Made by a program: the position numbers and the translations under genes. A model generated the notes under the pieces. The model made no database searches. It was not told the DNA's origin and was given only the letters and a program-made list of their open reading frames with translations. A stretch of 64,000 bases of DNA, from NCBI GenBank assembly GCA_944388045.1, contig CALXHG010000009.1:857-64856 (forward strand), written 5' to 3'. This document shows positions 26,832-36,877 of the stretch, one piece after another (positions within the stretch are counted from its first letter, which is position 1; each line of letters opens with the position of its first letter). The stretch is from an uncultured Clostridia bacterium (GTDB lineage: Bacteria; Bacillota; Clostridia; TANB77; CAG-508).

Positions 26832-29399
26832 CTAATTTTCTATCCATTTAACTAAATCTAAGTTTTCACTATCAAGTAACATTTCATGTTGAGGCATTAC
26901 TCTAAATGAATATCCATAATTTCCACCAGATATTAAATCTATTTTTGCTGTATAATGATATTTTTTATTTTCTTCATCTTTCCAATCACATTTCATTGGA
27001 ATTATACTAACATCTTGAATTGTACCATCATCTAAGAATTTTCCATAATATACCTCTACTCTTATATGTTTTACATCAATATTTGGAAGTGTTACTGTAC
27101 ATTTTACTTCAATTTGCTTTCCTGCATCTAATGTTACATTATCTGCATTTGTTTGTTCTTGTTCAATTTGTATATCTTTCCAATTAGAAGCAATACTATG
27201 TTTCCATGCATTATATTCAGAAACAAAATCTAAATTTGTATAATATTTTTTAGTTAAATTGCATAATGGCATATATAACTTATTTGTATAATCAACTAAC
27301 ATTCTAGATGTACTGTATTTTCCTCCTGTAGACATTATTGAATTTTTCATATATTGTAACCATACTTTTGAAATTCCATTTTTATCTTTATTATAATATG
27401 CTGGAATTATTTTATTTTCTAGAGTGTCATACATACTTTTGCTATCTGCTTGGTCTTGTTCTTCATATGATGGATATTCTGCATTTGTTCCTATTGTCCA
27501 ACCATTTTTTTGATTATATCCTTCTGCCCACCATCCATCTAATACACTAAAGTTTACAACTCCATTTACAGATGCTTTCTGTCCACTTGTTCCAGATGCT
27601 TCCATTGGTCTTCTTGGATTATTTAACCACACATCTACTCCACTTACTAAATATCTTGAAATTTCTATGCTATAATTTTCTAATATAAATATTTTTCCTT
27701 TAAATTGAGGCATCATAGAAACTTCATGTATATATTTTATCAAATCTGCTCCTTCTTTGTCTGCTGGATGTGCTTTTCCTGCAAATATTAATACTACAGG
27801 TTTATTTGTATTATTTAATATTTGTGTTATTCTTTCTAAATCTTTAAAGATTAATGTTGCCCTTTTGTATGTTGCAAATCTTCTTGCAAAACCTATCATT
27901 AATGTTTCTGGATGTAAATTAGCTATAGCTTCACTAACAGCATCATAACTTACTCCTTCACGTCTTAGTCTTGTTGACAAATTTTCTTTTATTAATGCAA
28001 TTAATTTTCTTTTTCTTTCCATATGAACTTCCCATAATTTTTCGTCTGGGATATTATTTATTTTTTTCCATACTTCATCATCATAAATATTATCTTGCCA
28101 ATATGGAATTAAGTATTTATTATATAAATCTTTTAATTTAGGGGCAAGCCATGTACAAGTATGTATTCCATTTGTTACATAAGTAATTGGAGATTCACTT
28201 GGAGCTATATGTGGCCATACATCTGCAAATAATTCTCTTGATACTTCTCCATGTAATTTACTTACACCATTTTTCTTTCCTGCTATTTTTAATGCTAATA
28301 TTCCCATATTAAATCCATGTTCTAGATTTTCTGTTGGCTTCATTCCTAATTTTAAAAATTCTTCTCTTGTTAGTCCTAATCTTGGCCAAAATTCTTTAAA
28401 ATATTTTTCAACTAAACCTATTGGGAATATATCATTTCCTGCTGGTACTGGAGTATGTGTTGTAAATACTGTTTTTGAAGATACTATATCTCTTGCTATT
28501 TCAAAAGATACCTCTTTTTCTTTTATAGTATTTTTTATTAATTCTAAGTTTAAGAATGCTGAATGTCCTTCATTCATATGGTAAACTGTTGGATTATATC
28601 CTAGTTTTTTTAATGTGTTTACTCCACCCATTCCAAGAATAATTTCTTGACGAATCCTCATTTCTTGGTCTCCACCATATAATCTAGCAGTTGTATCTCT
28701 ATCTTCTACATTGTTTTTGTCTATATCTGAGTCTAATAAATATAATTTTACTCTACCTACATCTATTTCCCATACTTTTAAATATATTTTTCTTTTAGGA
28801 AATTTTATATATGTAATTAGCTCATTTCCATCAGCATCTTTTACTGTTCTTATAGGTAAATCTGACATATTTAGGTCTTTGTATTCTGGATGTTGTATTC
28901 CATTTTTGTCTATTTTTTGGTGAAAATATCCGTTTTTGTACATTAATCCAACAGCAACTAATGGAATACCTAAATCACTAGCAGATTTTAGATGATCTCC
29001 TGATAATATTCCTAGTCCTCCAGAATATATTGCTATTGTTTGGTCTAATCCATATTCTGCTGAAAAATATGCAATTAAATCATTTCGATTATTTGGATAT
29101 TTTTGAGAAAACCATGTATCTTTGCTTTCCATATATGAATCAAAATTATCTACAATTTTATCATATTCTCTTAAAAATGAAATATCTTCTTCTACTTCTT
29201 CTAATTTTTCTTGTGATACATGTTTTAAAAATTTTACAGGGTTTTTATTACATGTTTCCCATAAGTCTCCATCTATTCTTTTTAGTAATCTTAAAAATTC
29301 TGTATTCCAAGACCACCATAAGTTATTAGAAATTTCTGTTAATCTATTAATCCTCTTTGGTAATTGTGGATTTACCGTTATTTTATTAAATATATACAT
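26832..29399 (-). CDS. glgP: Alpha-glucan phosphorylase (GT35, DUF3417-containing long form)
   Basis: 855 aa; N-terminal NLWWSWN (DUF3417-like), GGLGILSGDHLKSASDLG, EASGTSGQKA pyridoxal-phosphate Lys region. Confidence 0.85.
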   Translation of the reverse strand: MYIFNKITVNPQLPKRINRLTEISNNLWWSWNTEFLRLLKRIDGDLWETCNKNPVKFLKHVSQEKLEEVEEDISFLREYDKIVDNFDSYMESKDTWFSQKYPNNRNDLIAYFSAEYGLDQTIAIYSGGLGILSGDHLKSASDLGIPLVAVGLMYKNGYFHQKIDKNGIQHPEYKDLNMSDLPIRTVKDADGNELITYIKFPKRKIYLKVWEIDVGRVKLYLLDSDIDKNNVEDRDTTARLYGGDQEMRIRQEIILGMGGVNTLKKLGYNPTVYHMNEGHSAFLNLELIKNTIKEKEVSFEIARDIVSSKTVFTTHTPVPAGNDIFPIGLVEKYFKEFWPRLGLTREEFLKLGMKPTENLEHGFNMGILALKIAGKKNGVSKLHGEVSRELFADVWPHIAPSESPITYVTNGIHTCTWLAPKLKDLYNKYLIPYWQDNIYDDEVWKKINNIPDEKLWEVHMERKRKLIALIKENLSTRLRREGVSYDAVSEAIANLHPETLMIGFARRFATYKRATLIFKDLERITQILNNTNKPVVLIFAGKAHPADKEGADLIKYIHEVSMMPQFKGKIFILENYSIEISRYLVSGVDVWLNNPRRPMEASGTSGQKASVNGVVNFSVLDGWWAEGYNQKNGWTIGTNAEYPSYEEQDQADSKSMYDTLENKIIPAYYNKDKNGISKVWLQYMKNSIMSTGGKYSTSRMLVDYTNKLYMPLCNLTKKYYTNLDFVSEYNAWKHSIASNWKDIQIEQEQTNADNVTLDAGKQIEVKCTVTLPNIDVKHIRVEVYYGKFLDDGTIQDVSIIPMKCDWKDEENKKYHYTAKIDLISGGNYGYSFRVMPQHEMLLDSENLDLVKWIEN

Positions 29400-29517
29400 A
29401 TAAATTTTCCTCCTAAGTATTTTTATTCACTTTTTTCTAATTGTAGTCGTTTATATTATCTACTAAAAAAAAGTTTTTGTCAATAATTTTCTAGTTAATT
29501 TTAATTTATTTTTATAT

Positions 29518-29688
29518 TGTTGGGGTCGGTCCCTTTTTGTGTTAGGGTCGGTCCCAAAACAAAAAAGGGACCGACCCTAACACAAAAAGGGACCGACCCT
29601 AACACAAAAAGGGACCGACCCCAACAACAAAAGGGACCGACCCTAACACAAAAAGGGACCGACCCCAACACAAAAAGGGACCGACCCC
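29518..29688 (+). repeat. Hairpin-capped 22-bp tandem repeat array, 2 inverted + 6 direct units
   Basis: Inverted units 29520-29555, loop AAAACAAAAAA, direct cores at 29567, 29589, 29611, 29633, 29655 and 29677; ends CCCCAGTA 9 nt from the stop of 29697..30347. Confidence 0.95.
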
Positions 29689-29696
29689 AGTAACAA

Positions 29697-30347
29697 TTAT
29701 GTTTTTAGTTCAATCATTTTGCTATCAAACTTACTTACCATTTTTGCACAATTTACTAACTCTTTTGACATTTTTTTAGTAACACCTTTTTCTGATTTAT
29801 ATTTTACTTTATGTTCAAAACTTGCCCAAAAGTCCATTGCAAGTGTTCTTATTTGTACTTCACATTTTACAAATATTGTCTTTTGTGTTAGGTAAACAGG
29901 AACCTCTACTATCATATGATAACTTGAATATCCACTTTGCTTTGGATTTGTTACATAATCTTTTTCTTTTACAATATGTATATTAGGCATATTTTTTATT
30001 AAATCTCTAATAAAAAATATATCGTCTTTTAATGTGCATACTATTCTTATTCCTGCAACATCATTAATTTTTTCTATTAAATTTACATATGTTTTACTAT
30101 ATTTTTTCTTTTCCATTTTTTTTAATATACTTTTTGGTTCTTTTATTCTAGTTTCTACATGGTCTATTAAATCATAATTATAAATTATTTTAAATTCATC
30201 TTTTATTATATCTAATTGTACTTCTAATTGTTTTAATGCAGATTTATAAAAAAACATCAGTTTACTATACAGTTCGTCATCTACATCTACTTTTTCCTCT
30301 TTGTTTTCTAAAAAATTTTCTATAATCATTAATTCATTTTCTCTCAT
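29697..30347 (-). CDS. Small alarmone synthetase (RelA/SpoT-domain GTP pyrophosphokinase, RelQ/RelP type)
   Basis: 216 aa single-domain protein; DVAGIRIVC, SGYSSYHMIV, EVQIRTLAMDFWA motifs. Confidence 0.85.
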   Translation of the reverse strand: MRENELMIIENFLENKEEKVDVDDELYSKLMFFYKSALKQLEVQLDIIKDEFKIIYNYDLIDHVETRIKEPKSILKKMEKKKYSKTYVNLIEKINDVAGIRIVCTLKDDIFFIRDLIKNMPNIHIVKEKDYVTNPKQSGYSSYHMIVEVPVYLTQKTIFVKCEVQIRTLAMDFWASFEHKVKYKSEKGVTKKMSKELVNCAKMVSKFDSKMIELKT

Positions 30348-30373
30348 ATTAAAATCATTCCTTATATAATATA

Positions 30374-30407
30374 TTTAGGTTTTAATAAAGGTTGTACCTA
30401 TAAACTT
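30374..30407 (-). promoter_or_regulatory. Conserved 5' leader motif (copy 3, upstream of the relQ-like gene)
   Basis: mRNA sense AAGTTTATAGGTACAACCTTTATTAAAACCTAAA, 27 nt upstream of the start codon. Confidence 0.6.
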
Positions 30408-30420
30408 ATTGTATTTCTAA

Positions 30421-30480
30421 GAAAAAATCGGTTTTTTATTTTTATATGTTTATAACATTTCAAAGACGATATTATTGTTC
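30421..30480 (+). repeat. Family H1 element, degenerate copy
   Basis: Shares the TTTATATGTTTATAACATTTCAAAG loop and the ATTATTGTTC right arm with 144-215. Confidence 0.5.
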
Positions 30481-30650
30481 AAATATTTTCAAACATTCTT
30501 CTTTTCCAAAATACTCAATTAAAATATTGTTGATTTGCTAAAATTATTTTTATTACATTATTTATATTTTAGATATTTATTATGATATGATTTTATATAT
30601 GATTTGTTACCAAAGTATTTTTTTAATGTGTTTTTAATGTGAATTAATTC

Positions 30651-31400
30651 TTATAATTTTATTAATTTAAAGTCTAGTTTATCTGCACTTACTAATTTAA
30701 ATTCGATTCCTTCTATATTTCCTTCTACCGCTTCTTTTATTGAATTTCCATGTAAATGACCATAATAACATTTTTTTACATTATATTTTTTCATTAAATT
30801 TATAAATTCTGATTCTTTTTGTTGATACAGATGATTTTTAGTTATTGGTGGATAATGCATAAATACGATTATTTCTTTTCTATCTTCTTCGTCTACCATT
30901 TTCTTTATGCCATCTTGTAATGATAACTCTAATCTTCCTAATTCTCTATTTATTATTTTTTGATTATTATCTTCCTCATTTTCACCCCAACCTCTAGTTC
31001 CACACAATATTTTGTTTTCAAATTCATAACTATTATTAAATAAAAAATCAATATTTGTAAATTGATTTTCTTGTAAAAATTTTCTCATACTGGTAATTGT
31101 TGTCCACCAATAGTCATGATTTCCTTTTAATAATATTTTTTTACCTGGAAGATTATTTAAATATGTAAAATCTTGAATTGTATCTTTTAAATATGTTTCC
31201 CAAGAAAAATCTCCAGGCAAAACAACTACATCGTTTTCTGTTACTTTTTTCTTCCAGTCTTCTCTTACCTTTTCTGCATGATTTTCCCAATTATCTCCAA
31301 AAATATCCATTGGTTTTGGATTTTTAAAAGATAAATGTAAATCTGCTATTACAAATATTGACATATTATTTTTTCCTTTCGCTTTATATATTTTGTACAA
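30651..31400 (-). CDS. Metallophosphoesterase family protein
   Basis: DLHL, GDF, GNHDYWW, HYPP, GHLH metallophosphatase motifs; probable start MSIFVIADLHL (31364). Confidence 0.8.
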   Translation of the reverse strand: MYKIYKAKGKNNMSIFVIADLHLSFKNPKPMDIFGDNWENHAEKVREDWKKKVTENDVVVLPGDFSWETYLKDTIQDFTYLNNLPGKKILLKGNHDYWWTTITSMRKFLQENQFTNIDFLFNNSYEFENKILCGTRGWGENEEDNNQKIINRELGRLELSLQDGIKKMVDEEDRKEIIVFMHYPPITKNHLYQQKESEFINLMKKYNVKKCYYGHLHGNSIKEAVEGNIEGIEFKLVSADKLDFKLIKL

Positions 31401-31422
31401 GTTCTGTTTTTTTCATTTTGTT

Positions 31423-31491
31423 GAGAATAATAGAGGACTTTATTACACCTTTTATATGTTTATACTATCTCAAAGCCAGCATTATTGTTCG
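31423..31491 (+). repeat. Family H1 element, degenerate copy
   Basis: GAGAATAATAGAGGACTTT...TTTATATGTTTATACTATCTCAAAGCCAGCATTATTGTTCG. Confidence 0.5.
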
Positions 31492-31498
31492 AAAAAAA

Positions 31499-31552
31499 GT
31501 GCCGGTTCTATTTTTTCATTTTTCTGATAAAAAAATGCCAATTCTATTTTTT
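31499..31552 (+). repeat. Family H2 motif, direct pair
   Basis: GTGCCGGTTCTATTTTTT (31499) and a degenerate ATGCCAATTCTATTTTTT (31535), abutting the tsaD stop codon. Confidence 0.6.
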
Positions 31553-32564
31553 ACTCTCCAATTTTTAAATTTGGCACTGCATTTAATGTATTTTCTGATA
31601 AATCTCCATTTATATATCTATAATATCCAGCAGATGCTATCATTGCAGCATTGTCTGTACATAATTTTAAATCTGGTTCATAAATCTTTATATTTAATTC
31701 TTTTCCTAATTTTTGAAATTCTTCTCTAATATGTGTGTTTGCAGATACTCCTCCTGCTAGCACTACTTTATCTAATTTTGTTTGTTTTATTGCTTTTGTT
31801 ACATTTTCTGTTAAAACTTCTGTAACTGCCTTTTCAAAACTCATACACAAATCTGGTTTTGAAACTTCTGGATTTTTATGTAGATAGTTTAATACTGCTG
31901 TTTTTATACCACTAAAACTAAAATCTAAATTTTCAAAATGTGTTTTTGGAAATTCTATTGTTGCCTTTCCTTGTTGTGCTAATTTATCTATTTTAGGTCC
32001 TCCTGGATATGTTAGTCCTATTACTCTTGCAACTTTATCAAATGCTTCTCCTATAGCATCATCACGTGTTTTACCTATAACTTCCATATCACAATAGTCT
32101 TTTACATGTACTATTTGTGTATTTCCCCCAGATGTTAACATACATAAAAATGGTGGTTTTAAATCTGGATATGTTATGTAATTTGCTGATATATGTCCTT
32201 CCAAGTGATTAACTCCTACTAATGGCTTGTTTAATGCAAATGCAAGTCCTCTTCCATAAGAAACACCTACTAATAAAGCTCCTACTAGTCCTGGTCCATA
32301 TGTTGGTGCTATTACATCTATATCCTTTAATGTTACCTTTGCTTTTTCTAAAGCTAATTTTGTAACTTTAGAAATAGCTTCTATATGATTTCTAGAAGCT
32401 ATTTCTGGTACTACTCCTCCAAATTGTTCATGTATTTTTATTTGTGTATCTATAATATTGGATAAAACCTCTCTACCGTTTTTTACAACAGCTACAGAGG
32501 TTTCGTCACAACTTGATTCTATTCCTAATACAAGTATATCTTTCAAATTAAGCATCCCTTTCAT
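31551..32564 (-). CDS. tsaD: tRNA N6-adenosine threonylcarbamoyltransferase
   Basis: [23 protein letters not shown] motifs; 337 aa. Confidence 0.93.
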   Translation of the reverse strand: MKGMLNLKDILVLGIESSCDETSVAVVKNGREVLSNIIDTQIKIHEQFGGVVPEIASRNHIEAISKVTKLALEKAKVTLKDIDVIAPTYGPGLVGALLVGVSYGRGLAFALNKPLVGVNHLEGHISANYITYPDLKPPFLCMLTSGGNTQIVHVKDYCDMEVIGKTRDDAIGEAFDKVARVIGLTYPGGPKIDKLAQQGKATIEFPKTHFENLDFSFSGIKTAVLNYLHKNPEVSKPDLCMSFEKAVTEVLTENVTKAIKQTKLDKVVLAGGVSANTHIREEFQKLGKELNIKIYEPDLKLCTDNAAMIASAGYYRYINGDLSENTLNAVPNLKIGE

Positions 32565-32663
32565 TTCATTATATCAAAATCTTATATTTTAATTGTATTT
32601 ATCATATTAAAAGTCTTTTATCTTAAATAACACTTTTAGAAATTATTTAGTTTTACTATATCA

Positions 32664-33398
32664 TTACAATCCAAAAATTGACATTCCTAATTTTAAAATT
32701 GCATCTGTCATTGAACCTATTATAGGAGAAATTAATCTTCCAGCAATTCCTGTTATCCAAATAATTAAAAATATTATATAAAACATTTGCTCTCTTTCAA
32801 TAAACCATTGTTTTGCATTATATGGTAATATTGGTAAAAATATTTTTGAACCATCTAATGGTGGTAGTGGTATTAAATTAAATACACCTAAACCTATATT
32901 CATTGTAATTGTAGAAGCTATGATAGACATTATAACTACACCAAAAGATGAAAGGTAAAATGAAGCATTTGCAAATTTTATAATACAACAATATATTAAT
33001 GTAAAAATTATTGCAGTTATAAAATTCATTAATGGTCCAGCAAATGATACTATTGCATCAGCTTTTTCTACACTAATATTTCTGTTATAATTTCTTGGAT
33101 CTATTTGTACTGGTTTACCCCATCCTATATGTGCAAATAATAACATTGCAAGTCCTAATGGGTCAACATGGTCTAATGGGTTAAGGCTTAGTCTTCCTTG
33201 CCTAAGTGGTGTGTCATCTCCTAATTTGTATGCTGTAAATGCATGACCAAATTCATGTACTGTTATTGCTATTAATACAGCTGGAATTGATAGTAATATA
33301 CTAATTATTCCATCTGTTCCATAACTTAATAGTGATATTACTACTAATATTCCTATAATAATATATAATGTTTTTTTATCTATACCAAATCCAAACAT
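32664..33398 (-). CDS. Site-2 protease family (peptidase M50) membrane metalloprotease
   Basis: HEFGHA zinc motif in a TM helix, NLIPLPPLDGSKI motif, multi-pass membrane protein. Confidence 0.85.
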   Translation of the reverse strand: MFGFGIDKKTLYIIIGILVVISLLSYGTDGIISILLSIPAVLIAITVHEFGHAFTAYKLGDDTPLRQGRLSLNPLDHVDPLGLAMLLFAHIGWGKPVQIDPRNYNRNISVEKADAIVSFAGPLMNFITAIIFTLIYCCIIKFANASFYLSSFGVVIMSIIASTITMNIGLGVFNLIPLPPLDGSKIFLPILPYNAKQWFIEREQMFYIIFLIIWITGIAGRLISPIIGSMTDAILKLGMSIFGL

Positions 33399-33417
33399 AA
33401 AATCTCCTATCTTCTAT

Positions 33418-33479
33418 CAGGGTCGGTCCCTTTTTCTATTGGGGTCGGTCCCTTTTTCTATTGGGGTCGGTCCCTTTTT
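33418..33479 (-). repeat. 22-bp tandem repeat array, 3 units (core on minus strand)
   Basis: CAGGGTCGGTCCCTTTTTCTA / TTGGGGTCGGTCCCTTTTTCTA / TTGGGGTCGGTCCCTTTTT; begins 19 nt upstream of the M50 protease start codon. Confidence 0.9.
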
Positions 33480-33620
33480 AATTATGTTGTTATTATAACA
33501 TATGTTTAATGTCAATTTCAACCTTTTCACATACTTTTTACATAATTATTTGTAGATATATTTTTACCTTCACCATTATTTATAAAATAATTAGTATTAA
33601 TTATATTATTATTTGTATTT

Positions 33621-33803
33621 TCAATTGTCTTGTTCTTTTTTTCTTTTTTCCTCTTCAATTCTCTTTTTTTCTCTCCTAATATTCTTCTTTTCTATTAAAT
33701 TTATTTTCCAATAAATTAATATTAATATTAATAAAATTATTATTAGAAATACAGTTTGATTTTGAATACATTTTATTATTTTACCTAAATAGTACATCTC
33801 CAT
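33621..33803 (-). CDS. Small membrane protein, hypothetical
   Basis: 60 aa, one TM helix and a Lys/Glu-rich tail; weak support. Confidence 0.35.
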   Translation of the reverse strand: MEMYYLGKIIKCIQNQTVFLIIILLILILIYWKINLIEKKNIRREKKRIEEEKRKKEQDN

Positions 33804-34233
33804 CTTTTAATTTTGGAGACATACTATTAATAGAAAAAGCATAAAATATTTGTAAATTTAGGTCGACTTAATATAGTCGGTCTTTTTTATTGCTCAATAA
33901 AATTTGTTCTTATAGCAATTATTCATTGTATGGTTATTAGTTATAAAAAAGTAGTATTTGTAAATTACAAAAATACTACTTTTTAAATTCTAAAATTAAA
34001 TAAATTGTTCTAGTTTAATGGTTTCATTGAGCAATTTTATAAAATGCTTGAAATCCTATTTTTCTAACAAATTTCTTCAATATTTTTGCCTTGAAATATT
34101 GCTAATTTACAGCTACGGGAATAAATTCATTAAGATTAATTAGACTTTATTAAAATAATAATTTTGCAATATTTCGCATTTATTATACCACATTTTTTTA
34201 TTTTTTCAATTACTTAATCATCTTTTTTTAATA

Positions 34234-35442
34234 TCATTTATTAAAAAAATCATCTATTTTCTCTATTTCTTTCTCTTTAAATTCATTAAACACATCTGTA
34301 TATGTATTTAATGTTACTTGTATGTCTTTATGCCCTAATATTTTTTGAAGAACTACTGGACTAACTCCATTTTCTATACATCTAGTTGCAAATGTATGTC
34401 TTAGCATATGTGTATTTACTCTACTTTTTGTCATATCAAATTCATATACTTTTTTTATTTTTCTTCCACTTTTTATGCTTGATCTTTTTTTATATACTCT
34501 AATATCTGCATTTTTACATAGTTTTTGAAATCTAGCATTAAAATTAGTAGCATGTATAAAACTTCCATTTTTCAAAAATAGAAATCCCTTTTTCTTATCT
34601 ATTTTATATTCAATTAATTTATCGTACAGTACATTTAATATTGGCACATCTCTCATCCCTGCATAAGTTTTTGTTGTTTTTTCTAATAAAATTCTTCCTT
34701 TATCTACATGACTAAGTGTCTTTCTTACATATATTTTTTTATTTTCAAAATCTAGATCTTCCCTTTTTAGTGCCAAAATTTCACTTATTCTCATTCCTGT
34801 ATAAATAGCTATATAAAATACAATAGTATAATCATCATATCCTTTATCTAACTCATTAATAAATCTTTCTTGTTCTTTTATAGTCAATGCATCTACTTTT
34901 TTAGTTGCTTTATTAGACTTTGGTTTCATTAAATATCCTTTTAGTTCAAACGGATTTTTTTCTACAATATTCCTAATCCTCGCTTCATTGAATGCTCCTT
35001 GTAATTGTTGCCATACTTTGGTTATTACAGATTGTGAATATGAAACTAATACTTGGCTTTGAGAATTTATTATACTTCTTGTAACATTTTGAATTGGAAT
35101 ATTAGCATAGGGTAAAAGCTTTCTCATTATATCGATGCTTTCTCCTATTCTTATGTATGATGCTCTTTTTATAGAATTAGTTTTATATTTTAGTTCTCTT
35201 ATTTCTTCAGCTATATCTACTATTGATAAAGTATTGCCAACATCTTTCCCTGTTTGTTTTTCTCTTTGTAATAAATCTAATTTTTCTTTTACTTCTTTTC
35301 TTGTATCTCCATAAAATGTTTTTCTTATTTGTTTTCCATCTGAATTAACTCCTAAAGTAATTTGTCCTACCCATTTTTTCAATTTTTCTCTATAAAATAT
35401 TGTTCCTTCTCCATTTCCTCTTTTACTTAAATTTCTTCCCAT
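34234..35442 (-). CDS. int: Tyrosine-type site-specific integrase
   Basis: N-terminal arm-binding type region (GNGEGTIFYRE..WVGQITLG), catalytic C-terminus HMLRHTFATR...LGHKDIQVTLNTYTDV. Confidence 0.9.
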   Translation of the reverse strand: MGRNLSKRGNGEGTIFYREKLKKWVGQITLGVNSDGKQIRKTFYGDTRKEVKEKLDLLQREKQTGKDVGNTLSIVDIAEEIRELKYKTNSIKRASYIRIGESIDIMRKLLPYANIPIQNVTRSIINSQSQVLVSYSQSVITKVWQQLQGAFNEARIRNIVEKNPFELKGYLMKPKSNKATKKVDALTIKEQERFINELDKGYDDYTIVFYIAIYTGMRISEILALKREDLDFENKKIYVRKTLSHVDKGRILLEKTTKTYAGMRDVPILNVLYDKLIEYKIDKKKGFLFLKNGSFIHATNFNARFQKLCKNADIRVYKKRSSIKSGRKIKKVYEFDMTKSRVNTHMLRHTFATRCIENGVSPVVLQKILGHKDIQVTLNTYTDVFNEFKEKEIEKIDDFFNK

Positions 35443-35469
35443 ATTTTCTCCTTTTCCTTAAATTGAAGA

Positions 35470-35727
35470 TCAGACAAATAATTGCTTTGCTATTTTTTCA
35501 AGTAGTACTTTTTTAGTTTCATCATCTGTGCAAAACTCATGAATAAATACTGCTCTTTTATCTGCAATAAGATTAGCTCCACAATTTTTAATTAAAGGAA
35601 AATTTAAACTATGAAATCTCTCCCTTGCCTTTACTATTCCTATTCCTCTCCAGTCCGAATATATTTCTGGAGTAATTGTATCTGGCAAATCTTCAAATTT
35701 AATATTTGATTTTTTTACTTTCATCAA
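35470..35727 (-). CDS. Small protein next to int; candidate excisionase/recombination directionality factor
   Basis: 85 aa; position immediately upstream of int; no motif I can name with confidence. Confidence 0.35.
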   Translation of the reverse strand: MMKVKKSNIKFEDLPDTITPEIYSDWRGIGIVKARERFHSLNFPLIKNCGANLIADKRAVFIHEFCTDDETKKVLLEKIAKQLFV

Positions 35728-35866
35728 ACCCTCCTATCTAAAATAGCTAGTCTTTGATATAATCAAAGACTAGCTGATTTTTTATTATTTTTGAAATGTA
35801 TAAATCTTCTTTTTTCACACTTGACACTAAAATAATATTTTTACTTTAAAGTTATCTCCACAATAG

Positions 35867-36064
35867 TTACTTCTTTTTTAATAAAATCTCTGCATATTTT
35901 TCTGCCTCTTTTTTAGAATGTAATTCTTGTAAAGGCTCATAAAACATTTGCATATTTTTTATATTTACCTCATTTGCAGAATTTAATAAATTATGTAATG
36001 CAATTAAACCGTATGAAACAACTTGTTTCCAATTATATGTTTTCCTTTCCATCATAACCTCCAA
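35867..36064 (-). CDS. Hypothetical protein
   Basis: 65-aa ORF overlapping the stop of 36052..36237. Confidence 0.4.
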   Translation of the reverse strand: MEVMMERKTYNWKQVVSYGLIALHNLLNSANEVNIKNMQMFYEPLQELHSKKEAEKYAEILLKKK

Positions 36065-36237
36065 AACTTTTTTCTATTTATTTTCTTTTCTTGATATTCG
36101 TTCAAATATTTAATTTGTTCCTCATCTTCTAATTCTTGTTCTTCTGGTGTTTTCTTACTACCACCTATTATAATTAGAATTAAAGGTAGTCCTATTAGTA
36201 TAAACATTAATGTAGCTATTGAAATAATATCTAACAT
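36052..36237 (-). CDS. Small membrane protein, hypothetical
   Basis: 61 aa, N-terminal TM helix, acidic tail. Confidence 0.4.
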   Translation of the reverse strand: MLDIISIATLMFILIGLPLILIIIGGSKKTPEEQELEDEEQIKYLNEYQEKKINRKKFWRL

Positions 36238-36664
36238 TTCTTTTGCCTCCAGTTTTCTAATTAGGGCTATTGGGGGAATAACCCTAATTAAGATATTATT
36301 ATTTTCTTACTTTTCCCATTTGTCAGACTGCTATTGTTTCTAGCAACATTGGAATTTCACCAACCAGAACTCTGGCTTGTACTCATTGCGTGTGACGCAC
36401 CATTATAAAAATATTATGGACTACCTTTATAACTTTACGCTCGTGCTATGACTATACAAAAGTTTCCTAAGCTGCATTCACAATAAGATAGCATTCCTAT
36501 TGTTAATTTAAATGGTCGCTAACCCACCTAAAACGCAACTCTTATATGATCTAACAAATACATTATTCAATTTTCAATGTACAATCCATACCAGAAGTTT
36601 TTTCACTTCTACTATGAACAGCACTTGAAAATGAAAAAGGTTACGATTTTTTTTTATAAATTTT

Positions 36665-36877
36665 TTATTTAGCCAATTTTTCTGCAAACTTTTCTTCTTT
36701 TACTACACTAATTGCATACTCAATTAAAATACTTTTCAAATCCTGGTCTATAACATTTTTTTCATTTAATGAATATTTATCAATAAGAGGCATTATTTTT
36801 CCTATTACTAAAATCATTGACACTTCATTTGTTCTTGCTTTTACTAATATTTCATAAAATTTTGTTCTATTTTTCAT
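36665..36877 (-). CDS. Small regulatory protein downstream of the ICE sigma factor (Tn916 orf8-like position)
   Basis: 70 aa, overlaps the sigma gene stop by 11 nt. Confidence 0.4.
   Translation of the reverse strand: MKNRTKFYEILVKARTNEVSMILVIGKIMPLIDKYSLNEKNVIDQDLKSILIEYAISVVKEEKFAEKLAK

Noticed and set aside
36340-36420. Cobalamin-riboswitch-like string GGTGAAATTCC (minus strand) in the ICE ORF-free region
   Set aside because: It is a single short match, with no B12 box or the surrounding conserved helices that I can see. I kept only the generic candidate-structured-RNA observation.
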